A DNA stretch of 64,000 bases, from contig CM052818.1 in NCBI GenBank assembly GCA_028534125.1, positions 19,780,001 through 19,844,000 on the forward strand, read 5' to 3'. This DNA is from Lama glama (taxonomy: Eukaryota). A model generated the notes under the pieces. That model saw only the letters and a program-made list of their open reading frames with translations. It was not told the DNA's origin and searched no databases. The stretch's first letter is position 1, and every line of letters starts with the position of its first letter. This document shows positions 50,580 through 64,000 of this stretch, piece after piece. The translations under genes were made by a program, and so were the position numbers.

Positions 50580-52393
50580 TCTATTTTTTAAAAGTAATTT
50601 TTACTCTATCTACACTGTCAGAGTATAGAGCCATTGTATGCAATACATACACCCTTTATCTTCACTTTATCTTGAGTCTACAAGTAGCCATATATTTAAT
50701 GCTGACAAGTCTTCGCATTGATATGATGCTAGTCACTCTGAAGCTTGTTTTCTAGAGGATACACAGGAAGGGTTCACAGGAACAGTATTCCCGGAGTTCT
50801 CACATGTTGATAACACTTGGTGTCCTTTGTACGTAAAGTCAGTTTTTCTGAATATAAAATCCTCAGCTCATATTTAATTATGAATCAATTACTCCATTTT
50901 CTTCAGACAGAAGTGTTATTGTTGAAACATCTGGTGCTAACCTCATTTCCTTTTCCTTATAGTTACTGTCTTTTTAAAACTACATGCCCAAAGGACTTTT
51001 TCTATTTCTTTAAAAATCAGTAATTTATTAGACTACATCTTGGTTCATCATTCTGAATCAATATTCTCAGGTACGTGGTGTGCTTTTCCTATATGCAGTT
51101 CTACATGTATCTTTTCTGTTTTCTAATTTCAGGAAATTGTCTTGATTATTTTAAAAGAAATATTTGTTCTGGTCCTTTGCTTTGGGTTTCCAATACTGGG
51201 ACTCCCATTACTGTATGTTAGATCTTTTTTGCATGCTATTGATATTGGTCACTGTCTCTTAAATCTTTTAATTTCTTTCTTAATTCAATATAGACTTTTA
51301 AGATTTCCTCTCCTTTTAATATTCATTTATTTTAAAGTATTAATTGTTGTATTTATTTGCTTTTGTGGTCCTTGTAATTTAGTTTTTAGTTCTGAAATAA
51401 TTTTTTCTTTTATTTCTAACTGTTTCTGAGTTCTGTCTCCTCATTTCTGATTTTTCCCCCCAGTTTTGATGTATGTTATCTTTTCAAGTGTTGTATAACT
51501 TTCCTAATGTCTTTCACTTCACTTTGAAAAGGTGAGTTACCATATTGATTCTGTTTAAAGGTTTGCTTTTCTGGAGTGACTTTATTGTCTGTAGGAATGC
51601 TATCCTGCTCCTTATTCTTTTTTTCCTAATAATGTTTGTACAGGATTTGACCTGCATCCTTTTCTGTTGTTCATTCTGATGTAAAAGTCATTTTCCTGAA
51701 CTTTTAGGAGGCATGGTTTAGTTAAAAGGCATGGGTCAGAAGTTAGAAATGCTAACTTCACCGAGGTCCCTCTTGAGCTGTTTTTAGAAAGTGTACAAAA
51801 ACAAGTGACTGGCTTCCTGGGATTTCCTGGCTCTGTTCTTTCCCCCATTTTTATCTGAAATTCCTCTTCCTTTGACTTTATTGTCCTAGTCCCAGCTAGA
51901 TCTTGGTTCTACTCCCAGAAGTTTCTTTTCTCCTCAGTGTGGACGCTGTCCTGGAAAGAGGCCCTGGCTTGTCTGTCTCAAGCATTCAGAGGGTTTAGAT
52001 GGCTTCAGCCCCCTCAGTTCTTCTCACTGTGGGCTCCATGCTCTCACTCACTGCGGAGGACAGAATCCCTCCAGATTTAGCTGTTACCGGGAGCCCACTA
52101 TGATTTCCAGTGAACACCTGCTGGCTCTAGTTGAGCTTTCCCATCTCCAGATCTTTGGGACACATTGTTTCTCTTGGATTTTTCTGCTTCCTCCTGCATA
52201 GATGCCGATAACATGCCGGTCTTCTGGCTATCCTCTCCTGCTTGTATTTTGATGTTCACGGAGACACTCTGTCACCTAGATTTACTGTAAATATTTTCAA
52301 GGGTTTTGAGTTTTGCTGTCTAGTTACTTTGTTCTTTTGAAGGGATCTGGGAAGATTCAACTCTCTGCTACCACCTCCTCCATCTTCCCAGAG
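50580..52393 (-). mobile_element. HAL1-like ancient LINE
   Basis: ggaagggttcacaggaacagtattcccggagttct...; ends in ...ctccatcttcccaga, the antisense of the HAL1/L1ME-type 5' end. Confidence 0.7.
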
Positions 52394-53546
52394 TTCCCTC
52401 TTCACTTGAAAATTTGGTAGGTATGACCAAAGTACCTGGAGGATGAGGTGCTTCCTGTGGGTATGCACTTTAAGTTAATAGACTTCCTGTTCCTAGATAG
52501 CAAAAGGGAAATAGGGAACATTCTAGGAAGAGGCTGTACGTCCTGTGCATTTTCATTCCGAACCAGAAGTCTGTAAATAGGTATCAAAGCGCTTTGTAAA
52601 TAAGAGCTGGTGGGATCTTCAGTTCTGTAGAATCCTTACAGAATTTTTATGGACTTCTCTGAGATGACTAATGCAGCTGGAGGACAGGGGAACGTACTGC
52701 ATTTCAGAGGCCCAATCAGGAGGAAGGTGCACATAGATCCTTCCATAAGCCAGAACATCTTTGAAGCAAAAACTGAAGATCTCTGTGGGGTCAAATTTGA
52801 ATATAAATACGTTGGAGGAGTTTATTTGGGCATCTCTCAAACCACAGGTCATATGCCTATGTTTCTTCAGCTTTCTTCAAAAATTGAGTCAGTTGGGAAG
52901 GACGTTTGGTTTTTATTATATTTTTCTATTTCTACAGGCTTCTCATTAACAACATGTAGCTTCTGACAGGAACTCTATTTATATTCTTTAAAAACTTAGC
53001 TCTTTTCAACCTCACATTTAGTTTATGTCTATACTGTAAAAACGAGTCCAAGGCCTCTAAAATTAGCAACTGACATAGTATTATCAAGTCAATTAGTGCA
53101 AATACCTAAGGTAGAAAAAGAAAACATTCTACATGCGACTGTCTTTCGAGACCGATGTGTGGCAGAGTTCCTAGTCATTGACTAATTACATATTTTAGAC
53201 TATTAAACTCAGTGATCTTCTCCCTTATGCTTGGGTCAATGTTTGTCCCTGTGAACTGTGTGTTCACTCCCAGTTCACTGAAATATGATGCCACCTACTC
53301 AGTGGCCTAAAGGTGAAGTTCCCACACACATGTCCATGAAGCCCTGCCGGCACTGAACTTGTCACTAGAAAATGCAGGACAAAAACTCAGTAGAGGTTTC
53401 CTTTGAGAAGTTCTGAGGCCAATAATGATTCCTTAGACTAAAAGTTCTTAGACTGGACAGTTCAGTGAAAGGTTGAAGACACCCTGGCGCACCTATGCTA
53501 CCAATTTTCCAATTTAATCTGCTTAAAAAAGAAAAAAAGCTTTCCT

Positions 53547-54768
53547 CTAACACCACATGCAAAAATAAACTCACAACGGATTAAAGACCTAAATGTAAGA
53601 CTGGATACTATAAAACTCCTAGAGGAAAACATAGGCAGAAAACTCTTGGACATAAATTGCAGCAATATTTTTTTCGAACCAGCTCATAGAGTAACGAAAA
53701 TAAAAGCAAAAATAAACAAATGAAATCTAACTAAACTTAAACGTTTTGCACAGCTAAGAATACCATCAACAGAATGAAAAGAAAACCTACAGAATTGGAG
53801 AAAATATTTGCAAATGATGCGAACGACAAGGGACTAATTTCCAAAATGTACAAACAGCTCATATAGCTTAGTATCAAAAAACAAACAACACAATTAAAAA
53901 TGGGCAGAAGACCCAAATAGACATCTCAAAGACATCCAGATGGCCAACAGGCACATGAAAAGATGCTCATGCAAATCAAAACTTCAGTGAGGTATCACTT
54001 CACACCAATCAGAATTGCCATCATTAAAAAGTCTACAAATAATAAATGCTGGAGAAGGTGTGGAGATAAAGGAACCCTCCTATGTTGTTGGTGGGAATGT
54101 AAATTGATGCAGCCACTTTGGAGGACAGTATGGAGATTCCTTAAAAAACTAAAAATAGACTTACCATATGATCCAACAATCCCACTCTTGGGCATATATC
54201 CAGAGAAAAAAGATAATTTGAAAAGACACATGCACCCCAATGTTCACAGTAGCACTATTTACAATAGCCAAGACATGGAAGCAACCTAATGTCCATTGAC
54301 AGATGACTGGATGAAGAAGTTGTGGTATATTTATGCAATGGAATACTACTCAGTTATAAAAAAGAACAAGATCATGCCATTTGCAGCAATATGGATGGAC
54401 CTGAAGAGCATCATTTCAAGTGAAGTAAGCCAGAAAGAGAAAGAAAAATACCATATGGTATCACTTATATGTGAAATCTTAAAAAAAATGACACAAATGG
54501 ACTTATTTATGAAATAGAAAGAGACTCACAGACATAGAGAACAAACTTATGGTTATCAGGGGGTAAAAGGGGTGGGAAGGGATAAATTGGGAGTTTGAAA
54601 TTTGCATATAGTAACTACTGTATATAAAATAAACAACAAGTTTTTACTATATAGCACGGGGAACTATATTCAATATCTTGTAGTAACCTATAATGAAAAA
54701 GAATATAAAAAGGAATACATGTATGTATATGTATGACTGAAACATTATAGTGTACACCACAAACTTAC
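53547..54768 (+). mobile_element. 5'-truncated L1 (~1.2 kb)
   Basis: ORFs 53963-54289 and 54296-54517 read as ORF2 C-terminus ([13 protein letters not shown]...CWRRCG...CWWECK...MEYYS). Possible TSD AAGCTTT(T)CCT at 53537-53546 and 54769-54779. Confidence 0.93.
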
Positions 54769-55400
54769 AAGCTTTTCCTGAGTGAACAGGTATAATGCTG
54801 ACGCTTTTAAAGACACCCAAATGAAACATTAAAAAGCATGAGTTTCTAGAACTAATTAATTTACTTGAATGTATATTGCTGTCATATTTGTGTTAATTCT
54901 ACCCAGTACTAGCCCACAAAGTATCCAGACGGTCCCAAAGTGTATATTACCTCCTAAAAGCTTAAAAACCATATACTCCATCCATTCCTCATCAATCCAC
55001 CACATGATTTCTATCCATCCATCAAAAACACTCATAGAGCTAAGTAAACTGAAACCAGACATCTGCATTAAGAAGTATAACCTCCAGGATAGTGAGGCAC
55101 TTCTCACGTAGTTATCAGAGTAAAGCCTCATCAATTATTTACCATACAGTTCTTATACACAAGGCGCCATGCTAAATCATCCTCAACATTGCGGAGTATA
55201 GTTTTAAAGTTGTTAATTATTACCTAAACGCAAGGTTCACAGCTGACATATGTGAAGTATGAAATGTCAAAAGCTGAATTTTTAAGTAGCACGCACTGAA
55301 GATACTGTTAATTGCTAAAATTTATTCGGCATAAGAGACCTATTTTCTCCTCGCTGCCTTGGCTACACATTAACTGGAGAATGAGAAGTCTTTACTTTTT

Positions 55401-55467
55401 TTTTTTTTAACATTTTTTATTGATTTATAATCATTTTACAATGTTGTGTCAAATTCCAGTGTTCAGC
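55401..55467 (-). mobile_element. 67-bp extreme 5'-truncated young L1 stub
   Basis: Poly(T) plus L1 3' terminus (tcattttacaatgttgtgtcaaattcca, shared with the 46393 L1). Perfect TSD AGAAGTCTTTACTTTTT at 55384-55400 and 55468-55484. Confidence 0.92.
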
Positions 55468-56524
55468 AGAAGTCTTTACTTTTTGTAGTGTTTTCAACAC
55501 AAACTCTGCAGGAAAAAAAGAAAAAAAAGGTGACAAAGAACCCCTACGGGCCAGAAGAGAAGATGGAGTTTAGTGAGGCAGTAGAAATAGGTTTAAGAGA
55601 AAAACGGGGATGTATAGGGAACAAGAGAGGGTTTGTTGTTTGATGTTTTGCAGGAGGAAATGAGGGCTGTGTTGGATATTTTTGTTGTTTGTTTTGTGTA
55701 TGTGTTTATTTTAAGCACACAGGTGAGTGTTTAAGTATACACAGGAAACCAAAATCAGGGAAGGGAATGCAGCAGCAGACAAGGAATTTTGAAGGAATGT
55801 TCTAGACAGGTGCTTGTTGCAGTAGAGCTGTTCTGTTTGTTTTTGTGGTAAGGAAGTTTATACAGCAAGGAAATGTCTGGGTAAGAAACACGGTTTGATG
55901 ACAAATGGTGTGAAATACTAACCTGTTTACTATTAAAGAACCATGTAGACATCAGCTGGGATATAAGCAAAGTCACAGTAGTCTACACCTCAAGTACTTA
56001 CTGCCATCTCTCTTGGAAACAATACACATCCGTACACGCATGAAGAACTAGGAAAGTTCCAGAGAGTTCTCAGAAATGACGTGAGGACTGACGACTTACT
56101 GAGTGGGGTAAAGCACTTTGGAAAGAAGACTGAACAGGAACATGATTCGATTTTGTGAAAATACAAAGTTTACATACTGTGTAATCAGGAATGATTCACC
56201 AGATTTTTCAAAGCTAAAACTCAAAGGAAGAAAGAGACTTTGAATTTTGAAAGAAGTAATTTTAGAACATGTAAGAGGAAATTCTGCTTTTTAGTCTTTG
56301 AGTTATAAATTTGTCATACCAAGAAGTGGTAACTACATGAACAAAATAAATGGTAAACTGCATGGATGAAGAACTCCTGAGGAGTTTTTAAAGGAAGCCA
56401 GAGCTACTTCGGTTATGTCTATAATTTTGTAAATATGGTGTGCTGAAGATTATTTTTATCCTTCCACAAAAGCATCCCTCTGTTTGTCTATCAGAGTAGT
56501 TTTCTGAATAAACCATACTAGATC

Positions 56525-56600
56525 TCACCTACTGTGAATCCAGTGCCTAGCACAGTGCCTGGTAGGAAGTAGGCTGTTGGTCTTTGCTTGATTTGTTGAA
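56525..56600 (+). mobile_element. L2 3' terminus
   Basis: cactgt-like...atccagtgcctagcacagtgcctgg...atttgttgaa. Confidence 0.7.
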
Positions 56601-57829
56601 CCTCTTCTGTATTTCAGAGAGATGTGGCTTTCAGAAAACTGATGTTGTTGACCTAATATCCTAATATTTAATTTGCATGAGGAAGTCATTTGAGCAATCC
56701 AGATCACTGTCATTAATAAATAAACAAATGGAATGAATTACTGTTAGCAATGGGATGTTAATGCAAAGGATGCAAGACTCCTGAGTTCCACTGTGGTTTC
56801 TGTGACTATGCAAGGAGTGGTCCACTCCCTCTGATGAGTAAAATGACAGAGATAAACAAGCCTAGACCAAGACAAACAGCTGCCTTCATGGGTCAATTTG
56901 GTATTGCTTCTTTAAACATGTATTTAATATTTATTTAAAGACAGCCTGACAGCCACAGGGGAAAGAGGATAGAATCAGTCTCTTCTCTATTGGCTTGAAC
57001 AATACAGTTCTGACCTAAACTTGTACCCTCTGCTCAGCAGAAGAAGAGCTCTACTTTTAGTCACATCCTACCTCTCTCTGAAGGCAAGTGAGTAAACTTT
57101 TGTTGTCACTTGAGGAACTCCTGTGGGAGTTTCCCACCCAAAGCAGCTTTCTGAGACATTCCAAGTAAGCATCATGATCTCTCTTTTATTCCATTTCAGT
57201 ATATAGATTGATTCAGTATATAGACCGAGTATACATTTCACTTCCAGAATGATGGCTGGAGCCCCACCCTTAATTCAACTCTTAAGATAAACAAAAGGAA
57301 GAGTATGAAAAATTATCCAGTAAATGTATGATTTTTTTCTTCAACCATTTGTAGTAGCTATAGATGGTAACTAGATTGGCGTTCCATGAGGGATTTTGTA
57401 ATATTTCTGGGTCCACATTATCTTGTCCACTGTGGGCAGACAGAGCGTGCTTAGTCAATGCTGATGGAAATAGCGCATGGATGATCAAAAGAAGATAACA
57501 TTGGGATACTCTCTCATTCTCCTCTCTGTCTGGCCCATGAAGTCACCTTAATGAGCACAATACTTTCTTCCCACATTGGCTCATGGTAAGAATCAATTCG
57601 TTTATGAAAGGAAGAGGCATCTTTGGGACAGGACTACTCATTTCATTCTAGCCAACGGTCCAGGAAGTTCAGTGTTCCAAGCCCAATCATTTAAACTCTT
57701 CTCTTCTTCCAGAATAGCTCAATATGCATTGCCTTAGATTGAGCTGTATGAAGTAGCCTATTTTCAACCATTCAGACCTGCAAAGAGGCTAATCGGAGTG
57801 AAAACTGCATTGTTCTCAGCATGTCTTGG

Positions 57830-58350
57830 TGGAGAGAACATGGAGATCTGATGCTGGAATTCTAAATTCAAGCCTCAGTATTGTGAAACTTTGGAGGAGG
57901 CACTTAACCTCCCCCATGTCTCATTCGCTCATTAGATAAAATATTGAGCTTACAGTCTATGCAAGACTCTATAGGGAACAGTAAGGTATGTGAAGCACAG
58001 TTTCTATCTTCTTTGGACCTCACAGTTTATTTGGGGAGATAAAATTTGCCTGCAAAACAGCCATACTCCAAGGCAGTATATGATGGTATCAAAGTTGCCC
58101 CCTTTTTATTAACTGCATACCAAGGAAGAAAAATTACTTCCTGCTGCTATAATCAGGAGAGAACATAGAAGAGAGGACAGCTGTGCCTGGGCTTAAAGGG
58201 TGGCTAGGTTTCATTAAGCAGAGAATTGGGGGAGGACAGTTCAAGCAAATGAAACGCAGGAGCAAAGGTGCAAAGGCTGAAACACAAAGCTGTTTTGGTG
58301 CGGTGGACAGATGGTTTATGTGGGAGGGCTGTGGGAGATAAGACTAGAAA
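57830..58350. mobile_element. MIR (+, ~57830-57935) followed by L2 (-, ~57940-58350)
   Basis: gagaacatgg...ttcaagcctcag...cacttaacctc (MIR); tattgagctta...tatgcaagactct...ggacctcacagttta.ttggggagataa (antisense L2). Confidence 0.6.
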
Positions 58351-58888
58351 CCCGTTTCTTCCATGACATGTAGTAGGGATGTTTTATTTTATTTGCTACA
58401 TTGAATAAATAAAATAAGGAAGATTGGGAAAAAGAACCCCAGAATGGAAATCAAGAGACCAGGCATCAGTTTTGTCACCAATTCTCTGGACTTCCTCAGA
58501 GAAGTCACAATAGAGCAGCACTGTCCTCAGCGGTCAAGTGGAAGTAATTCGACTAGTCCCTATACGGTTCTAAGACTTACAAGTATGCCATGAACAATCA
58601 GATGGAAAACTCTTGGAAAAGGAAGACTACTGTGCCCTACCTCCAAACATGAATTGCTATGGATGAAAGTAGTTTAGATATTCTTGGTAACAGCAAATAT
58701 GTGTACCTTCATCCTAGAGTACTTACTGCATGGTAATCTCATCTCTCAGTTACAAGTGGAAGAAACCAGGGGAAGAAAACCCAGATTGTGATCACCTCAG
58801 TCAGCCAAGAATATAATGAAGTCTCTCAGATGGAGGCATGGATAGAGGTGGTATGGAAATAGCCACTCAGTAGTAAATGAAAGGCCAT

Positions 58889-59085
58889 TCTATATAAAAT
58901 AGATAAACAGCAGGGTCCTACTGTCTGGCACAGGGAACTATATTTAAGACTTTGTAATAGCCTATGGTGAAAAAGAATATGAAAAGGAATATACATATAT
59001 ATAAAAAACTGAATCACTATGCTATACACCAGAAATTAACACAACATTGTAAAGAGACTATACTTCAATTAAAAGTCAATCAAAA
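58889..59085 (+). mobile_element. Short L1 3' end (~200 bp)
   Basis: tatataaaatagataaacagcagggtcctact...actgaatcactatgct..acaccagaaattaacacaacattgt. TSD AAATGAAAGG(T)CCAT at 58875-58888 and 59086-59100. Confidence 0.9.
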
Positions 59086-62000
59086 AAATGAAAGGTCCAT
59101 CATGGCACCTGGAGAGAAGGGAGGAGAGGAGCCTTCCTAGAAGTAGGAGGTTGGATGGAAGAATTCATTGAGCCCCAGAAATACCATCAGATTGTAAAAG
59201 CTTCCGGGTGTCCTTCCAAATCTCCACTGTGCCCTTGCTCTGGCAGCCTATGATCCATGCACGGGCTGCTGATGCAGAGCAGGAAGAAGTATTTTTTTCT
59301 TTGCCCATGACTTACCTGGAGCCAATCTACTTTGGCAGCCAGCCACCAGGGCAGGATGGGTGCAGCTCCATCACTGCTTCTTAGATGATTCTTGCTCTTT
59401 TCAGCCAACTTTCCTCAGCCCTTACATGCCAGGATGGACTCTATCAGGTCAGAATCTAAAAACAGCCCCACATTTCCCAAATGAGATTTCGTTTGACAGA
59501 TCCTCCTCTGCTGACTCAAATTAGGTCAGAGACACACTGAGCCATTCCCCAATGCAGATCCCAGGGAATGTGGCTTCTTTTGGTGTTTACACTCTGTGGG
59601 TATGAGAAGGCTACCAGGCAGAAAGACCCATCCATGTGGCACTGCCACTGAAGCCACAGGGAGGAGCAGCAATCTTCTGGGGAGTTTTTCTTGGCACTCT
59701 TGACCAAAGTCATTGCCATCTGTCAGGTCACTGACCAGATGAGCTCATTTCCCTCAGTGGGGTGAGTTATCCTAGAAAATCTAGACCAAACTTCTACGGA
59801 GCAGAGCCTCAAGGACTCCAGTTTTCATCATGGAGTAGTTCCCCAGGCATCTTCTTTCTTAGCAAGCATTGAAGCATCTATCTCAAGCAGACCTCATGGC
59901 AGGTCCAGGAAAAGAAATGAGGACTGGCTGGCTGTGGAATTGGGGCTGGGTAGGGATGCCCTGAACCTAATGCTTCTGTTCCCTAGGCAACCAGTCATAG
60001 GTTTCTCTGATTGGAAGAATCCTGGGCCCCTTCATCAACCTATCATGGAGAAGCAGGAGTCACAAGGGGAGAGGTCCAACCATAGTGGGAAAGTACATAA
60101 GCTCATGCAGAAGAGCAATGTTGCCGGTTACCAAGTATGAACCAGACAAGAGCTACTGTTGCTCTGCGGAAAGAATTAGAGCAACACTTGTCTGGACCTC
60201 TTGAGAAAGTTTCTCTGAAAATTCAAGTGAGCAAGAGACATTCAGCTGAGGGAAGTTCTTCATTGTATAAGTCTCCTGGTCTGGAAAACAATATCAAAAC
60301 ACTCCCATTTAAATCTGGAGGTAAACATACCTATCATTTCCTTCCGTGCCTGTCACTTACATCAGTATTATTTCGGAAGGATTGGCTGGTGCCCATGACA
60401 GTGTTTCAGCTACCACAAAGCAGATAAGTTTCAGAACATTATTGTTTATGGCATTTTAGAGTCTGTCAATGCTCGAGTATCATAAAAGATAAAGGTTAGT
60501 CCTGAGGTACAACTCCTAGAAGACAAACGCGGAGCCTGATGGCGAGCTCTTGACAGCACTGGCATTTCACAGCAGAGCTGCCATGACTGAGATCAACATT
60601 AATTAATAACGCCTTGGCATACAGCAGGGAGTTATTTGGCAGCCTAGAAAAGCCCTGTCAAGACAGGCGAGGGTCTGAGCCTCAGGGCTGAAGATTTGCA
60701 CGCCGAGGAATCCGGGAGGACCATAGTCAAGTGAGGTCTTGGAATAATGGGGATGACAATACTTTTGACAGATTCCTAAGGACAAAGTGTGAGTAAGATT
60801 TAGGGGGCATGTGGATACGTCGTGTAGGGGACATCACCACAACTTTGCAGTTTATAGATCTGAGTATTTGATTATTCATGGCTTGTTTTTGTATAATGAT
60901 GTATATTTACAGGAGACATTTATGTATTGAATGTCATTACTTCCTCCAGCGTGGACTAGGCTGAAAATTTAAAAAAAAAACTGTTTTTACCATCAGAGGT
61001 AGTTCACAGAGTCAGGAGATACATATAGAAGACGTTTCCACTCCTCAAACAAGGTGACTTTCGGTGATTAATTGGATGTTTAAGATTTTAATTCTCGGAC
61101 ACTTACCCTCTGGAAATGTGTCCAAAATAGTTTCACTAAAGCTCAGACGCAAAAGCAACAGAATAGACATTGGGATGTTGGGCAGGATCAGTCCCTGGGC
61201 TTCCTCTGTGTAAGTCTAACAGACTAGAAAGGGTTTTCCTTGTGAGCAACTCTTCTCCTTCTGAACTGTTCTGTTCACCCCTTCCCTGTGTCAATATTTA
61301 TGGACTCCCTTCCCTTACAACTGTTTATCCCACGCTGCTCTGTGATTACTCTTTTCTAGGAACCCAGAAGCTCCCCAGAGCTGAGACCTGCGGCCTCACT
61401 AGCCAGGATGTCCTCAGAGCAGGGACCGGTTCTCTGCCAACCAGCCTGGGAGGCTCCTGGGTAGACGTTTACTCCTCACCTCCTGTCTCTTTCCCAGGAC
61501 CCTTGGGGAGGGGACTGCTCTTAGCTGCCTGTCCTCAGGTTGCCATCCAACCACGTGTTTGCAACAGGACCACGGGCAAATAGGCCTCCTTTCCTCAGTT
61601 AAAAAAAACTCAGACACGGCTAGAGCTGATTCACAGACCAGGGAGACCACGGGGAATTTCTGGGTGGTTGCTCGAGTCTGCTCCCTCTCTCCATGCTCTC
61701 GCGTGCTCGCCCGTCCCTGCCCTTCTACCTGTCTCATCCTTATTCTCAGTAACCTAGTCATGAAGCCTTGAGCGTGAAAGAAAATCTTCCACATCTGCCT
61801 TGTACATTTTGCACAAGCTAAAATAAAACCCCCAAAGTAAAATATACTGCAAAGGCCTGGCATTGTCCCGAGTCTTGGCAGTTGGTGGTGTCATTGCCCG
61901 TGAACTGGTGAAGTTGGGAGGTGGGAGTGGGGGTGGTGGCTGGATGCCTATTAGGGGGTTTTGGAGCCCCTTCTCGGAGCTTCGTCATCTCCCCCCAAAT

Positions 62001-63595
62001 TATTTGGATCCATTTTGGGGCAACTGCCTGGCCTGGAATTGTCCACCAAATGCTTTTTTTAAAAAATGAATTGGCTGCATTTAGCAGAGTAGAGTTAGTG
62101 TTTTTAATAGCCTGAAAAATGATATCCAGATGCTCACCATAAAGGAGGGGGCCCTTCCCTCTAATTTCGAGCCTGCCACAGTGATTCTGAGCCTGGTCCC
62201 TCCCTTCTGGACAGTTGCCTTGTGCTCTCTGGGGGTCTACCTTGGGAGACCGCCCGGGAGCTCCAACTGGCCCCAAACCCAAGGAAGGAAGGCAAACCAT
62301 CTGGAATGCATCGTCCAGATTGGCTCCACACTGCCCAGGCACCCTGACAGCTTTTTGGGACTGTTAGAGGCTTGGATTTAATCCATCAGGCTCTCCAGTC
62401 AGAGGCCTCCAGACCTCTCTTTGTCTCCTTCCAGAATTTAGATTCCACAGAGGCACAATTAGACCTGCTAGTCACTTCCAAGTTTGGCTTTCTCAAGAAA
62501 ATGACCAAGGTGTGCTCTGAGAGACACTTTCCAGCAGCTCTTGGACTAGGAACAGATGAAGGGAAGGGAATGGTTTCAGCAAGAACCTTTTCCTTTCCTT
62601 CCTTTTTATTCCCACTGCCACATCCTGACCATCACTCCAGCCCTGATGATTGACACTTACTTGGAGGGGAGAAAGAAAATTTGTCCCATTCCAGGATGCT
62701 TCAGGGAGCCTTTAAAAATGGCAACCTGGCTTTTCATAGCATCTTATTACCATGCAAGGTCTGCTTGGGAGAAATAAAGGAATAAACTCCAGAGGGGAGG
62801 GAGTGGCTAGGAACTATCCTCAAATCAATTTGTAAAAAAAAAGGATCGAGGGTTTTAAAAAATTTTTCCTAAAACCATAAACCCTCATTAACTATCAATG
62901 CATTTATTGCAGTTTTTCCCCTAGGGTGATAAACATTTTGCTAGATTGCAAAAATTATTAAATTTACAAAGGCTAAACATATTTCCTATCATCTTGTCTG
63001 TAATTCTGATTTGTTTCTTCATAAAGAAGAAAAAGATAAATTTCACCCAAACCCTTGACCATGGGAACACAGATTCCAAGTTAATTGGATCCAAATTAAG
63101 AATCTCTAGTGTGTCTCATATCAGGCTAGTTCTCTCAAATGGTTACAGTGTCATGACAATGAATCCCAGAATAACCCAGCACAGTCATCTAAGAGTTGCC
63201 TTCAAAGCCTCCAGTATGTTTGGCAAACAGGGGGGAAGTTTCACGTCCCTGCCTGAATCCACCTGGCAGTTGTTTCCATGTCCAGGACTCCTCCCTGCTT
63301 TTTCCAGCCCCACTTTTAGCTTCTCCTCACCCCTCTGGTGTTGACCACCTGGAACTAGCAGATTCCAGCCTAGAACTGAGATACAATGCTGCTAGCTACA
63401 CATGAGTCTCAGCTGGGATGAGTGGAACAGGCCACGTTTCTGTATATTATCCTGCTTTCTCACTCCTCCCATGACTGCCACAAAAGCTGTACAGGTATAT
63501 CCAGATTTGGAACAGGGAGGAGGTCATACTGTCCCATAGCAGACAAATTAAAATTGAACAGCAAAAGCCGTCTGGCCATGCCAGTAGGGAATCTC

Positions 63596-63843
63596 TTTTT
63601 TTTAACAATGTTAGTTTCAGGTGTACAGCAAAGCGATTCAGTTCTACATATACAGACATGTATACGTACATATGTACAGACCTGTACATGTACATACGTA
63701 CATACAAACATATATGTACATATATTTTTAGATTCTTTTCCATTATAGCTTATTACAAGAAATTGAATATATTTCCCTGTGCTATACGGTAGGTCCTTGT
63801 TGTTTATCTATTTTGTATCTGTCAATCCCGAACTCCTAATTTC
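63596..63843 (-). mobile_element. Short L1 3' end with an expanded AT/AC-rich simple repeat
   Basis: Poly(T)-acaatgttagtttcaggtgtacagcaaagcgattcagtt.... Degenerate TSD TAGGG(A/G)ATCT at 63585-63594 and 63847-63856. Confidence 0.88.
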
Positions 63844-64000
63844 ACATAGGGGATCTTATTGGCTACTTTCCCCCTAGGTCCCAGCATCCTGCTGTATCAT
63901 TCAGACTAATCCAATCTTCTCCAGGATCCTCCTCTCTTTTGTATTCTCTCCTTCACCTCCAGTATCTACCAATTCCTTATGCAGAATAATCTAGCCTTTG

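Noticed and set aside
52649..52966. 105-aa ORF in unique sequence as a processed pseudogene
   Set aside because: No protein I recognise, no poly(A) tail and no TSD.
1..64000. Prokaryote-type systems (CRISPR arrays, operons, defence islands), rRNA or numt
   Set aside because: No regularly spaced repeats, no gene-dense coding, and no rRNA- or mitochondrial-like sequence seen. The window is repeat-rich mammalian DNA.

Overview
This is mammalian genomic DNA, most likely camelid, because it carries a Vic-1-type tRNA-Ala-derived SINE with a perfect 14-bp TSD. I find no host protein-coding exon. One CpG island (~31.9-33.4 kb) holds the promoter and two alternative first exons of a minus-strand gene, each ending in a canonical splice donor. 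From memory of the human 5' UTRs and gene layout I call the gene SOCS5 (moderate confidence, not database-checked). Bases 1-32.5 kb are then intron 1 and 33.1-64 kb is upstream intergenic DNA. The rest is mostly transposon remnants (L1, HAL1, L2, MIR, MaLR/ERV LTRs, hAT and Tigger), microsatellites and a 500-N gap; subfamily names come from recalled consensus sequences. The ORF track shows only L1 remnants and chance ORFs. I found no new multi-gene system. The strongest observations are: two near-identical local inverted duplications (98 bp and ~150 bp) that look like templated insertions; a TSD-flanked composite L1 insertion that looks like a 3' transduction; ATG-initiated frames that leave both first exons in the same splice phase; and promoter motifs for exon 1b lying inside exon 1a.
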